From Terriglobia bacterium (GTDB lineage Bacteria > Acidobacteriota > Terriglobia > JAJPHL01 > JAPKYU01), in the NCBI GenBank assembly GCA_965206645.1, contig CBDBKE010000003.1, positions 768,001 to 832,000 of the forward strand: a stretch of 64,000 bases of DNA. Reading direction: 5' to 3'. Both the position numbers and the translations under genes were made by a program. Each line of letters begins with the position of its first letter. Position 1 is the first letter of the stretch. The notes beneath the pieces are model-generated. The model did no database searches and was not told the origin of the DNA. It was given only the letters and a program-made list of their open reading frames with translations. Positions 19,527 to 31,493 of this stretch are shown here, piece after piece.

Positions 19527-19693
19527 CATGCCTGAGGGGACGCCTGCTGGCACCTGCACGTTCACCTAGTAGAGCCCCACGAATCCTGGGGCCAGGCCGG
19601 AGAAGCTCACCTGGGCAGGTAGGCCGGCAATGTTCACCAGTGGTGTGTTAAGCGTCTCTGCCAGTGGTGGAGTGCTGGGGGCAACATCTCCCC
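19527..19693 (-). pseudogene. Fragment of a TIGR03437-type C-terminal domain
   Basis: GDVAPSTPPLAETLNTPLVNIAGLPAQVSFSGLAPGFVGLY*VNVQVPAGVPSG; matches the C-terminus of the 37224-39227 product. Confidence 0.75.
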
Positions 19694-22016
19694 TGGAAGC
19701 CCTCCAGCGGCGTCAAACTTGAAGCGGTTCAGCTTGCCCGGAACAGGTATGATGACATGGCAGCAAGAAGCGAATGCACATGACTCACCTCGAAAACTTC
19801 CAGCCCCCCGCCGCAGTCCAGGGCATTCTGCCCGACTAAGGCGTTACAGTGGCCAGCGTGCAGTCGTCTTGCTCAGGGCGCCCATGACCAACCGATTGAG
19901 CGTGTTATGACCCGCGACAAGATCACTCTCTCCCAGCTTGAAAGCTTTCTTCTCAAATCCGCCGACATTCTTCGCGGAAAGATGGACGCCTCTGAGTTCA
20001 AGGAATTCATCTTCGGTCTGCTCTTCCTTAAGCGGCTCTCTGACGAATTTGATCGCAAGCGCGAGAATCTCCGCAAAAAGGACTTTGCCCACATCACCGA
20101 TCCTGCCCTTCTCAAAGAGCTACTCGACGATAAAACCTCCTACGGCGACACCTTCTTCGTGCTGGTCCGCCCTCGTGCCGGTCCGCGCTCGTTGGCATGA
20201 GTCCTGGAAGGACGAAAAGGGCGACGAGGTTCCTGCGCTCAAAGACCTCAAGCAAGACATTGGCAACATGCTCAGCAAGGCGCTCGCGGCCGTAGAAGAC
20301 GAGAATGACGCGCTCGCCGGCGTGCTCAAGAACAACATCAATTTCAACGCCATCAAAGGGAAGACCAAAATTCCCGACCAGAGGTGGAAAGACCTCCTCG
20401 ACCACTTCAACCAGCCGCAGTTCGTGCTGGTGAATGACAATTTCGAGTTCCCCGACCTTCTGGGAGCGGCTTACGAATATCTGATCAAATACTTCGCCGA
20501 CAGCGCCGGCAAAAAGGGCGGCGAATTCTACACACCCGCCGAAGTCGTTCGTCTGCTCGTGCAGCTCGTAAAGCCGCGCGCAGGCAATGAAATCTATGAT
20601 CCCACCGTGGGCTCCGGCGGCTTCCTGATTCAAAGCCACCTGTACATAGAAGAGCAGGGTGAAGACCCGAACGACCTCGCCCTCTACGGCCAGGATTCAA
20701 TCGGCGCCGTCTGGTCCATCTGCATCATGAACATGATCCTCCACAACATCACGCGCTTCACGATTGAGAACGCGGATACCCTGGAGGACCCCCAGATACT
20801 GGACCACGGACAGATTCGCAAGTTCGACCGCGTGCTAGCCAATCCGCCTTTCTCCCAGAACTACAGCCGCGCCACTCTGAAGTTTCCCTCGCGCTTCCGC
20901 GAATGGTGCCCTGAGACAGGCAAGAAAGCCGACCTCATGTTCGTCCAGCACATGCTGGCCAGCCTCAAGTCTGACGGTCACATGGCCACCATCATGCCTC
21001 ACGGCGTGCTATTCCGCGGCGGCAAGGAAAAGCTGATCCGCGAACTCTTTATCAACGACGATGTGATCGAAGCCATCATCAGCCTGCCCCCCGCCCTTTT
21101 CTACGGGACGGGTGTTCCCGCATGCGTCCTCGTGATGAACAAGAACAAGCCCGACGCATTGCGTGGCAAGGTGCTCTTCATTAACGCCGACCGCGAGTAT
21201 GCTGAGGGCAAAAACCAGAACAAGCTGCGCCCTGAAGACATTGAAAAGATTGATTTCGTCCTCAGCCAAAAGCGGGAGCTACCCAAATACAGCCGTCTCG
21301 TGGACAAGACGGAGATCGTTGATAAGCACGACTACAACCTCAACATCCGCCGCTACGTGGACAACACGCCCGACCCGGAACCGGAGGACGTGCAGGCACA
21401 CCTCATCGGCGGCGTGCCAGAGGGAGAAGTGAGAGCCAGACACAGCGATTTCGCCAAGTTTGGCGTCGCTGCTGACACGCTATTCCAACCCAAACGACCC
21501 GGCTATCTCGCCTTCCGCACGAACATCACAGCCAAGTCAGCAATTAAGACCACATTGGAATCTGATGCAGCGTTGAAAAAGACCTTCACCGCCCACCACG
21601 ACGCACTGGAGGCATGGTGGGGCGTCGCCCGCGACGACTTTGCCCAGCTTCGCGAGGGCAAGAAAATGCCTGAGGTCCCGCAGGAACTGCTCAAGACTAT
21701 CAAGAGCAAGCTTATTCCTCTGGGCGTGCTTGACGAATTCAAAAGTGCGGGAGTCTTCGTGAACTGGTGGCAGCAGATTCGCTACGACCTCAAGACCATC
21801 ATCTCCACCGGCTGGCATCACACGCTAATTCCCGATTCCTATCTGATCGCCGAATTCTTTCAGGCGGAAGCCGATGCCATCGAGGCGCTGGAAGCCAAGA
21901 TCGGTGAGATCCAGAGCGAACTGGCTGAAGCTGTGGAGACCGCGAAGGAAGTCGCCGCCTATGAACCGGAGGAAGACGAAACCGTCACCGCCGCGGTCAT
22001 CAAGAAAGCCCTTAAA

Positions 22017-23665
22017 CCGGAATTTCCTTTTTGGCCTTCCGGCGATTGAAAATATACACCCATCTGCGTCCCAGCGAGTACAATGTTTTCTCCGAGAGGA
22101 CCATCGGCTCCGAGCGTCCCTTTCGGGGTCCCCTGAAACCGTCCGATCAGCATCCAAACCCAGCTTTTTCAGACAACTCTCCATACCTGGTGGATTAGCG
22201 GCATCGTTTTCTTGTGTGCCGTAGCCCAGGCTATCCCGACGGGAGTGCCCATCCATCGATCCGCCCCAGCATGCTGGCAAACAGCCGTCGGGTCAAATGG
22301 CCCTCGGCCAGCAGGAGCCAGTAGTACCGTGAGTGTTTTAGGAGCCGTCCTCCGGTTTTCACCAGCCGCTGCTGGAGGCTCGTCAAGGACCATTTCTCGA
22401 TTCTCTGTGGCAGCACTAGCCGTCGCCATAGGTTGCCCAGGTTGTAGGCGATGATCGTCAGCCAAAGCCGTACCTCGTTAGATCGGAACTTGTGGCAACT
22501 GAGCCGCGTCATCTTCACCGCCTGCTTGCCTTCCTTGATCCACTGTTCTGCGGTGCCGCGCTTGTTATAGAACCGCACCACCGCCCGATTCGGCAGCGTC
22601 AGATTCGTTACAATGAACCCCACTCGCGGGAACAACTCCCCGGAATGATGCTCTACTTTCGCCACCACCCTTCGAGCCGTCTTCCAACCGGCTGCCTGGT
22701 ACAAGAACCCCTTGTACTCGACCAGCGGTTTCTTGGTGGGCCTTCCCACGGGGCGTTTCAGTAGCTCTTCGATGTCTCGCTGCAGAATATCGTTGGCCGG
22801 GATGCGAATTGCGTACTTCACACCCCGTTCCTCCAATGCCTCGTACACCTCCGGCTTGGCAAAGGCCGCGTCCGCCCGAAACGCAATCTCTTTTCCCATT
22901 CTTTGCTGGCGCTCAATCTCGGGCAACAGGAGTTTCTCCCAACCCTCGGCACTGTGCACGTTGCCCGGACGGAGCTGGGCCGCCAGACAGTCGCCGTCTC
23001 GATTGAACAAAAGCAGCGGGTGATAGCAAGTGGACTCGAAGTGTCCGTTGTAGGCGCTCTGTTCCTGCTCCCCGTAGACCGGAATCTCGGTTGAGTCCAT
23101 ATCCAGCACCGCTCGGTAGTGCCACTGGAAGGCTTCGACCTTTCCGATCAGTTCCCGGTTGATCCGGGCTAACCCGACGAAGTTCTCCACCTTCGCCAGC
23201 ATCTCCGTCTCGAAAGTTTGCAACCTGGAGGTCAGCGCCGCGCCTTGTTCCCAAGTCTTCTCTGAACCAATCAGCCGAAAGGTCGGGTCTTGCGACAGCC
23301 GCTCGGCATCATTTACATCCTCGTATCCAGCTAGGCGACTGTAGACCGACTGCCGCAGCAAGTCCGCGAAAGAAAACCGAGCATTGTTTGCCCGCGAATC
23401 GGTCAGGTGCTCGTCAATGAGTTCGCTGAATCCCAGACGCTCATCCAACTCCCGGACCAGAATCAGTCCACCATTGGAAGTCACCCGTGATCCCTGAAAT
23501 CCGACTCGCAGAAATCGGTTGAACGACAGCTGAAATCCCTGTTTTCCGCTCTCACCCATTGGGTTTACGCCTCCGAACGCTCCGATTGATGCTGCAACCA
23601 GTATCAATATTGACGTTGGAGGTTAGCTGAAGGTTGCCGCTGCGTTTTCAAAAAGGAAATCCGGG
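22017..23665 (-). mobile_element. Full-length IS1380-family element
   Basis: Ends CCGGAATTTCC / GGAAATCCGGG, CTTAA on both flanks, intact transposase. Confidence 0.92.
22231..23559 (-). CDS. IS1380-family DDE transposase
   Basis: GYEDVNDAERL, LDMDST, FRADAAF, YNKRGTAEQWIKEGK. Confidence 0.93.
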   Translation of the reverse strand: MGESGKQGFQLSFNRFLRVGFQGSRVTSNGGLILVRELDERLGFSELIDEHLTDSRANNARFSFADLLRQSVYSRLAGYEDVNDAERLSQDPTFRLIGSEKTWEQGAALTSRLQTFETEMLAKVENFVGLARINRELIGKVEAFQWHYRAVLDMDSTEIPVYGEQEQSAYNGHFESTCYHPLLLFNRDGDCLAAQLRPGNVHSAEGWEKLLLPEIERQQRMGKEIAFRADAAFAKPEVYEALEERGVKYAIRIPANDILQRDIEELLKRPVGRPTKKPLVEYKGFLYQAAGWKTARRVVAKVEHHSGELFPRVGFIVTNLTLPNRAVVRFYNKRGTAEQWIKEGKQAVKMTRLSCHKFRSNEVRLWLTIIAYNLGNLWRRLVLPQRIEKWSLTSLQQRLVKTGGRLLKHSRYYWLLLAEGHLTRRLFASMLGRIDGWALPSG

Positions 23666-24257
23666 CTTAAGAGTTGATTGACGACCTCAAGGACAGCAAG
23701 GGAGAATCGGCGCAGAAGGAACTCAAGGCTCTTCAAGCCCAGGGAAAAGCCGTTACCACCCTTGAGAAACGAATCAAGGAGAGCAAAGCCGAACTCAAGA
23801 CACTGACTGACGAACTGGAATACAAGCTCCAGCTCAAGCGCCTCGGTGGCGGCGAATTCAAAACCGAGAGCCAGCAACTTCTCACCCAGGTGGACACCCG
23901 ACTCGGCGCCCTCGATAAGAGCAAGAAGGAGGACAAGAAGAAAATCTCCGCTCTGGAAAAGGACAAGACGACCTTGGAGGCGCGGATGGCCAAAACCGAT
24001 GCCCTTGTTGCCAGCATCGGCGGCCAGCTTACCGAGGCAGAAGCCAAGACCCTCATCCTGAAAAAGCTCTACGACCTCGCCAACCAGGAACTTAATCGCT
24101 ACCTCAATGCCGAGAAGCGGCAGCTGATCCAGATTGTCGAGAATCTCTGGGACAAATACGCAGTATCTAACCGTGTTCTGGAATCCAAGCGAACTGAAAG
24201 CCTCAAGGCATTAGATGGGTTTCTTGTTCGATTGGGGTATGTGCAGGGCGAATTGAG

Positions 24258-25487
24258 ATGAACATCGTGGAAGGATGGCAACACAAGGTATTACGACAGT
24301 TAGCCACCATCAATTACGGTAGGTCTCCTGCAGCGATCTTGGCAGATGACGGCGAGTATCCCGTTGTCGGCACCGGCGATACCGAGCGTGTCGGGAATGA
24401 CTACCTCTACGAGGGTGATTCAATCATCTTAGGTAGAAAGGGAACCATTGATCGGGTTTATTTTGCCACCGGTAGATTCTGGACAATCGACACAGCATAC
24501 TATTTGAGCGGCTTCGACGAAGCACTTCCACGCTGGCTCTTCTATTTTCTCCAAACGTTCGACCTGCGCCAACTGAACGAAGCAACGGGCGTTCCCAGCC
24601 TATCGCGAGAGTTGCTCTACAAGATCGAAATCCCTACGCCCCCCGAACCCGAACAAGCGAAACTCGCCGAGATACTCTCGACAGTGGACCGGGCAATTGA
24701 GCAGACGGAGACGTTGATTGCCAAGCACCAGCGCATCAAGACCGGCCTGATGCAGGACCTCCTCACTCGCGGCATAGACGAACACGGCAACCTGCGCTCC
24801 GAACAAACCCATGCATTCAAAGACTCCCCGCTCGGCAGAATCCCGGCGGAGTGGGATTTTTCGAGACTCGAGTCCATCGGCAGCTGGTCGAGCGGTGGAA
24901 CCCCATCCAAGGCGAATTCCGACTACTGGGGCGATGAGATCCCCTGGGTATGCCCAAAGGATATGAAGACGTTCGACATCGCTTCAACTATCGACCGGCT
25001 TACACAAGCAGGCGTGCGACATGGGAGCAGACTGATGCCCGAAAAAACAGTCTTCATCGTCGTCCGTGCCATGATATTGGCGCACACATTTCCGGTATGT
25101 ATCGCCAATCGGCCGATGGCATTCAACCAGGATGTCAAGGCCATCATCACTGGGCCTAGTGTCGAAGCGCGTTTTCTTGCTTACTGGCTCGTATCCCGGG
25201 CAGAAAACTTTCTGAAGATCACAACGACGGCTACTCACGGAACCAGACGGTTCGACATGAAGGAACTGTTCGACGTGATCATGCCCAAGCCCGAAAGGGA
25301 GGAGCAGAGCCGCGTCGTGACTCGCTTGGATGCGGCGGAAGCACAAATCGATTCCAATAGGAAGATCGCAGGCAAACTCCGCTTGCTCAAAACCGGCCTT
25401 ATGCAAGACCTGCTTACCGGCAGGAAGCGCGTCACCTCCCTGCTAGAGTCAGAACCCAAGCGCGAGAAGATTTATGCACGGCACTGA
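24258..25487 (+). CDS. hsdS: Type I R-M specificity subunit HsdS
   Basis: Two TRDs with conserved P..PEQ and KTGLMQDLLT repeats; SGGTPSK. Confidence 0.93.
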   Translation: MNIVEGWQHKVLRQLATINYGRSPAAILADDGEYPVVGTGDTERVGNDYLYEGDSIILGRKGTIDRVYFATGRFWTIDTAYYLSGFDEALPRWLFYFLQTFDLRQLNEATGVPSLSRELLYKIEIPTPPEPEQAKLAEILSTVDRAIEQTETLIAKHQRIKTGLMQDLLTRGIDEHGNLRSEQTHAFKDSPLGRIPAEWDFSRLESIGSWSSGGTPSKANSDYWGDEIPWVCPKDMKTFDIASTIDRLTQAGVRHGSRLMPEKTVFIVVRAMILAHTFPVCIANRPMAFNQDVKAIITGPSVEARFLAYWLVSRAENFLKITTTATHGTRRFDMKELFDVIMPKPEREEQSRVVTRLDAAEAQIDSNRKIAGKLRLLKTGLMQDLLTGRKRVTSLLESEPKREKIYARH

Positions 25488-28400
25488 TAAAACCGCGCAG
25501 AAGATCAAGCTCGACGAGCGCAACCACGTCGAGAAACCCTTCCTCGACCAACTTGACGGGCTGGGCTGGACGGTCCTTGATCTGGACAGCAAGCAACACC
25601 CCAGTGACACCTACCGAGAGAACTTCACCGAAGTGGTCATGCTTCCCGTATTGCGGGAGCAGTTGAAGGTTATCAACCCGTGGCTGGAAGACGACCAGGT
25701 GGAAGAAGTCATCAAGTAGCTCACGGCCAGCTTTCCCGGCACCGGGCTGATCCAGAACAACCAGCACGCCTTCGACCTGCTGCTGGAAAACACTAGCGTC
25801 AGCGAAAACCGCAGGACGGGCGAAAGAAGTCCGACGGTCCGATTCATTGACTTCAAACACCGGGACAACAACAGGTTCATTGCCGTCTGCCAGTACAGGG
25901 TGCGCATTCGCGGCACCGAGCATCACATCGTACCCGACATCGTCCTGTTTCTTAACGGCTTGCCCGTCGTTGTCATCGAATGCAAATCGCCGAAGGTGAA
26001 GGAGCCGATTCCCGAAGCCATTGACCAGCTCCTTCGCTACAGCGAACAGCGCGGAGCCAAAGGCGAAGGCAGTCCGCCACTTTTTTATTTCAAGCAGTTC
26101 GTCATCACCACCTGCCGGCAGGAGGCAAAATTCGGCACCATTACCAACCGCAGCGAGAAATATTTCTACCGCCTGGGCGGACCCGTTTCCGCGTTCGCTG
26201 AACGACCTGGAGCACGGCGGCAGCAGCCCCAACGACCAGCGACGCCTCGTCGCCGGTATGCTTGACCGCGACAACCTGCTCGACATCATCCGCACCTTCA
26301 CATTGTTCTCCACGAACGACAAGGGTGAGACCATCAAGATCGTCGGGCGCTACCAGCAATTCCGGGCTGTGAAACTGGCCGTGAAGCGCCTTCTGGAAGG
26401 AAAGACTTCCCGCGAGCGTAGCGGCATCATCTGGCACACGCAGGGCTCCGGCAAATCCCTGACCATGATGTTCATGGTGCGGGAGATGTATCGGCATCCT
26501 TCCCTCTCCAAGTGGAAGGTTGTCTTCGTCACAGACCGCACTCAACTAGAGACCCAGCTTTCCGAAACCAGTCAGAGCATCGGCTTCTCTGTGAAGGTAG
26601 CCGACAGCATCAAGGCGCTGAAAGCTTTGCTCTCCACCGACTCTTCCGACCTCGTGATGGCGATGATCCACAAATTCCGCGAGGTGGACCTGAAGGAGAC
26701 CTTCCCGGAATTGAACGCAAGCCCCCACATCCTCGTGATGACGGATGAGGCCTATCGCTCGCAATACTCAATGCTGGGGGCGAACCTCGATAAGGGAATT
26801 CCGAACTCAGCCCGCATTGCCTACACCGGCACCCCCATCGACAAAACCGAGCGCGTCTTCGGTGACTACATCGACAAATACCCCCTGCGTCAGTCCATCG
26901 AGGACGGTGTGACGCTGGAAATCGTCTATGAAGGCCGGACTCACAATGCGGAAGTGCCTGACAAGGCTGGCATGGACATCGCTTTCCAGGATGTGTTCAG
27001 CGACTACAACCTTCAGCAGCGCCTGGAGATTCTTGGTTATGGCTCACGGGACGCGTATCTTGAAGCCAAACCAACCATCGCGGCCAAAGCAAAAGACATG
27101 GTGACACACTACCTGACCCACGTCTTTCCGAACAGCTACAAGGCGCAGATCGTCGCTACGTCCCGCGAGGCAGCCGTGCGCTACAAGGAATACATAGATG
27201 CGGCCCTCGCCGAAGCTCTCGCAGGGCTGGAGAAGGACAACCCCGAAAACATCAATCTCGACTGCCTCAGAAAAATGAAAACGGATGTGATCATTTCCGG
27301 CAGTCATAACGACGAGCTTCACCTCAAGCTCTACACCGACAGCTCCAAACATAAAACCAGCATCAAGAGTTTCAAGTTGCCGTTCGATGCCGAGGACGAA
27401 GGCATCTTTGGCGATACCGGCATTCTGATCGTCAACAACATGCTGCTCACCGGGTTCGATGCCCCGCTGGAGCAAGTGATGTATCTCGACAAAATCGTCA
27501 TCGCGCATAGCTTGCTCCAGGCAATTGCTCGTGTGAACCGGGTGAGCGGTCCCGCGAAGGACAAGGGCTTCGTCGTGGATTACGTCGGCGTGGGCCACCA
27601 CCTGAAGAAGGCGCTCGACAACTATGATGAACGGGAACAGAACGAAGTGCTTGATGTGCTTAGTTTCCCGGAGGAGGAATTGCTTGAACTCCAGGCCAGC
27701 CATGAAGCCATCGCGGACTTCCTCAAAAACCACGGCCTCACAGACCTCACTGATCACGACGCCTTTTTCGATCTGTTTTATGACGAAGACGTCCGCTTTG
27801 AGTATATGACCCTGTTCAGGAACTTCACCAAATGCCTGAACCTCGTCTTTCCAGCCAAGGAGGCGCTCGACTTCATGGGCAACTACGAGGCGCTCATGGA
27901 GATCAATGTTCTCGCTGCAAAACACTTCCGCGACGGACGGCTCAGCATGAGGGAAATTCCGCCGAAGCTGCGGAACGTCATCGACACTTTCCTTGAATCA
28001 CGAGGCATCACGGTGAAGGTCAAGCCCATTTCAATTCTCGATCAGGACTTTCACAAGGAGGTCAAGAACCGGAACCGGGCAAAAACCAAGGCGGCCGAGA
28101 TCGAACACGCTATTCGACACCACCTCGATATCGAGCTTGAGGACGACCCCGACCTCCAAGCCTCATTTGCCGAGGCATTGAAGAAGATTCTTGAAGACTT
28201 CCAGGACAACTGGAACAAGATCTCCGAGGAACTGAAGAAGCTTCGACAGCGCATCATAAATGCTGGCAAAGAACCGACCTATGGGCTGCACCGCAAGAAG
28301 GAGATGCCTTTTTTCCGAATGCTCAAGAAAGAGATTTTCGGCGACACGGAACTGGATGACGACGCCATTTCGCCATTGGTGTCCCTCACGCATCAAGTCT

Positions 28401-28606
28401 TTGGCGACGTGGACCGCGAGCTAAAACTGACAGGTTTCTGGGAAAGCATCCCGGCCCGGAACAAACTCAAGGCGGATGTTCAAAAGACACTGCTTCAGAA
28501 CAACTTTTCCAAGTTGCCGGGTCTGGTGAAGAATCGCGCCCACATCATCAGCCGCGTGATGGAGGTCGCGGAAAAGAACAACGATACGATCCTGTACGCC
28601 CCATGA
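25474..28606 (+). pseudogene. hsdR: Type I R-M restriction subunit HsdR (amber stop 25717-25719, +1 frameshift near 26172)
   Basis: PDIVLFLNGLP..IECKS, WHTQGSGKS, DEAY (vs DEAH), TGTP, MLLTGFDAP, QAIARVNR. Confidence 0.9.
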
Positions 28607-30039
28607 TCGACATTTGCTACGAAATCGTGCGTTCCCCTAAACGAAAGACGCTCACCATTACGGTCGAGCGGGATAGGGCGATTACCGTCCATGCGCCGGA
28701 GGGCACATCCGACAGCGAGATACAGCGGCTTGTCGATGCAAAGCGTCAGTGGATATTGGCAAAGCTCCGCCACCTGCAGAAATATCAGGAGCGCTTGCAT
28801 CCGCCCGGCAAGGAAGTGGTGAATGGAGAATCGGCCCCCTACCTCGGAAGGGACTACCGAATCGAAATCACCAAAACTCTGAGCGGTGAAATTGAGTTCT
28901 CCAGCCTTTTTCTAATCCCACCCACGCATCAGGCCAAACGTCGTAAAGTCCTGCGGGATTGGTATATTGCGCGCGCCAGAGAAAAGATTCTCGCCCGCGC
29001 GGAAGAACACGCGCACGCGCTTGGCGTAAAATTCGTCGCAGCCAAGATTGTTGATAATCGTTACCGCTGGGGCTCCTGCACTGTCAAGGACAACGTCAGT
29101 TTCAATTGGCGGCTCATCAAAGCGCCCATGTTCGTCACTATGCCAGCTCAACCGGTCGATGACGTTAAATCGTTCTGCCGGAGTTTCAAACTTCTGACGG
29201 GGCCGTTCGTTCAGCTGACGTGCCACCTTGTTCAGATGCGCCTGAGAGTGCACCGACAAGTCCGTTCCCTTGGGGAAGTACTGTCGGAGTAGACCGTTGG
29301 TGTTCTCATTCGAACCGCGCTGCCATGGACTCTGAGGATCACAGAAGTATACGTCAATGTCGGTCGCCAACGTGAACCGTCGATGCTCGGCGAGCTCCAC
29401 GAACTCGCTCATCTCATCGAGACCAACCACACGTCCCGTTTTTTGGAACATTGTGATCTGTCCTCGTCCCGCGCAAATGAACAAACAGGCTGCGGTAGAT
29501 GGTCTCGTGAGACACGTGATAGGACGGATCCTTCCTCTAGAATGGATGCTTGGCTGACACCGCTTCGGCCGGCGGGCCCTCTCCCCGGCTTGCTCAAAGT
29601 CATTATCGCCGCCATTCCGCCGAATCTCCCGGCTCACCGGCGTAATGTGCCGCAATGCCTCGAGAGATCTCTTCGCGCTCCGACAACGTCAGTGCCCAAC
29701 ATGAACGGCGTGGTGGCCGAGGACGGATGCCTCCGTACGGAGCAAGCTTACAAAACACTCGTCCAATCGACTTGAGCGACTCCCCTCGTTTCCACCGATC
29801 CCACACCTCCTCCAGTTCCGCCAGCGTGTAACCGCGACGAGCTCTTTGCTTCATCCGCATACACTCCACCTCCTCCTTTCAAGGCAAAGTGCTACGTTAT
29901 TGTCCACGAACTCGCTCATCTCATCGAGACCAACCACACGTCCCGTTTTTGGAACATTGTCCGCGCAAATACCTCTAGAATGGAAAAGGCAAAGGCTTGG
30001 CTGAAAGAACGAGGGCAGGTTTTGGAAGAGGAAGTCTAG
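28603..30039 (+). pseudogene. M48/YgjP(DUF45)-family metalloprotein gene interrupted by IS30 sequence
   Basis: [23 protein letters not shown]; resumes at ~29892 with [20 protein letters not shown] to TAG 30039. Confidence 0.85.
29138..29891 (-). mobile_element. Internally deleted IS30-family remnant
   Basis: [58 protein letters not shown]. Confidence 0.85.
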
Positions 30040-30211
30040 ACCGTTATGGAGTTCTCCAACAGCTTCATTCGACCAGTGGGGAGTTCACAATAACAAACAG
30101 CCCTGTTGCTATCAGACAGGTGTCCATTGACCTGGACAAGCGACTTCATACATTCGTGGACGAATATAGGCTACTTTGCCAGCCAACTGTTTGCAAATGT
30201 GGCCAGCGACC

Positions 30212-30607
30212 ATGCCGAGCTCTGACCCAATAGCGAGGCTGCGGAGAATCGCCCAAGACGTTTACCGAACTTTGGGCTCAGGATTTTCAGAGCAGGTATA
30301 CGATCGGGCAATGCAGGTGGGCTTGCGACTTGCAAAGATTCCATACCAAAGTCAAAAGGTGGTGGAGCTAAAGTACAAGGACCACTATGTAGGAGAGGGC
30401 TACCCGGACCTTGTAGTTCGCGTTGGGAGGAGACGGGTGGCAGTGGAGCTGAAGGCTGTTAGTGGACAATTGGGAGACTCAGAAGAGCAACAGTTGCGAA
30501 ATTACATGCGGCTACTCGGCATCAAGTGGGGGCTTCTCATTAATTTTCAGCAGCCAGGCAGGAAGAAAGGGAAGACAAAGCTGGAGATTCGGGAAAGTGA
30601 AATCTAG
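30212..30607 (+). CDS. GxxExxY protein (PD-(D/E)XK-like)
   Basis: LGSGFSEQVY, PDLVV, VELKAV, QLRNYM, GLLINF. Confidence 0.9.
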   Translation: MPSSDPIARLRRIAQDVYRTLGSGFSEQVYDRAMQVGLRLAKIPYQSQKVVELKYKDHYVGEGYPDLVVRVGRRRVAVELKAVSGQLGDSEEQQLRNYMRLLGIKWGLLINFQQPGRKKGKTKLEIRESEI

Positions 30608-31042
30608 AGATGAATTCGCCCGTTCAGGTTTCATTTGAGTTCCTTTCTACCAAATCTACCCACGAAGATGTTCCCACATCGGGACCGCCCTGGGAGGCTG
30701 CCGAGATATGGTGCGAGAAGATGAGCGGCACCGAATACGGGACCTGGCGTTATCCTTCTTGTTCGCCAGCGTCTCTTCGAGAAGTCGCTATTCGTTGGTA
30801 TCCGTAGCTTTGCCGCCTTGGCCGAGGTCCTGACTGGCGACGAGGCACCACCACCACCCGCCACCTAAAAGCCTTCCTCCGCGCACCGGTTACTTAGAGG
30901 TCGTTGGGATATAGTAAGCGTTAGGGACAACGATCCTGCAACCGACAGTGACCACCACACTGAAACTGACCCACTAGCGATTGCCCGTAGCAGCGCCAAT
31001 TGGTTAAGGTGCAAGAGAGAACTTGTGTCGTCACCGATGTGG

Positions 31043-31258
31043 TCAACAGCGGGCTGTCGGCCGTGGTCGTTTGACTCGTTGGTCCAACCGTCTGGCTTCT
31101 TCCCGGAAGGCATTGGCCATCTCGGTATACGCCAGCGCATGTAATCGCAGAAACCGGGCTCGCGCGAGGAGGGACGTTTCTGATGTAAGCTCTGCAATTC
31201 TGTCCATTGCTTGCGCTCGGCCATGTGCTTTCATTACTGATTCAAGACGCCTGCTCAT
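31043..31258 (-). CDS. Small hypothetical protein
   Basis: 71-aa helical ORF after purine-rich AAAAGGGAAACGA. Confidence 0.35.
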   Translation of the reverse strand: MSRRLESVMKAHGRAQAMDRIAELTSETSLLARARFLRLHALAYTEMANAFREEARRLDQRVKRPRPTARC

Positions 31259-31493
31259 TCGTTTCCCTTTTCTCGCGTTTCTTCGCCTCTCGCTTTCTTG
31301 CCGGACCCTGGCGCCGTCTCACTGTCTCAACTCAGGTCGCTGTTCCGGGAGTGAGGCCCGTCATCCCCACCGCCAGCACCTGATGACGAATAGCTCAGCG
31401 GACCACTAGGTCTTTCATGCCCCAGACGTGACCCGTGACCCCCGCTCAGGTCGTCCAGGAAGCGGGCGAGCCGGTAGAGGAAAGTGCGGAGGG

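Larger units (their letters stand above)
19907..24261 (+). pseudogene. hsdM: Type I R-M methyltransferase HsdM, frameshifted and IS1380-interrupted
   Basis: [45 protein letters not shown]; 16-bp duplication at 20157-20188; IS at 22017-23665; C-terminus at 23674-24261. Confidence 0.9.

Noticed and set aside
4647-25719. Four in-frame TAG codons (4647, 13712, 19566, 25717) suggesting amber recoding or pyrrolysine
   Set aside because: purS, glmS and many intact genes end in TAG. The inferred original residues differ (W, Y, Q), three cases lie in mobile or decaying DNA, a comparable TGA lesion exists at 41695, and no pyl genes or suppressor tRNA are visible.
29396-29960. Duplicated 58-bp segment as a DGR template/variable repeat pair
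   Set aside because: Copies differ only by one T, with no adenine-specific changes, and no reverse transcriptase is present.
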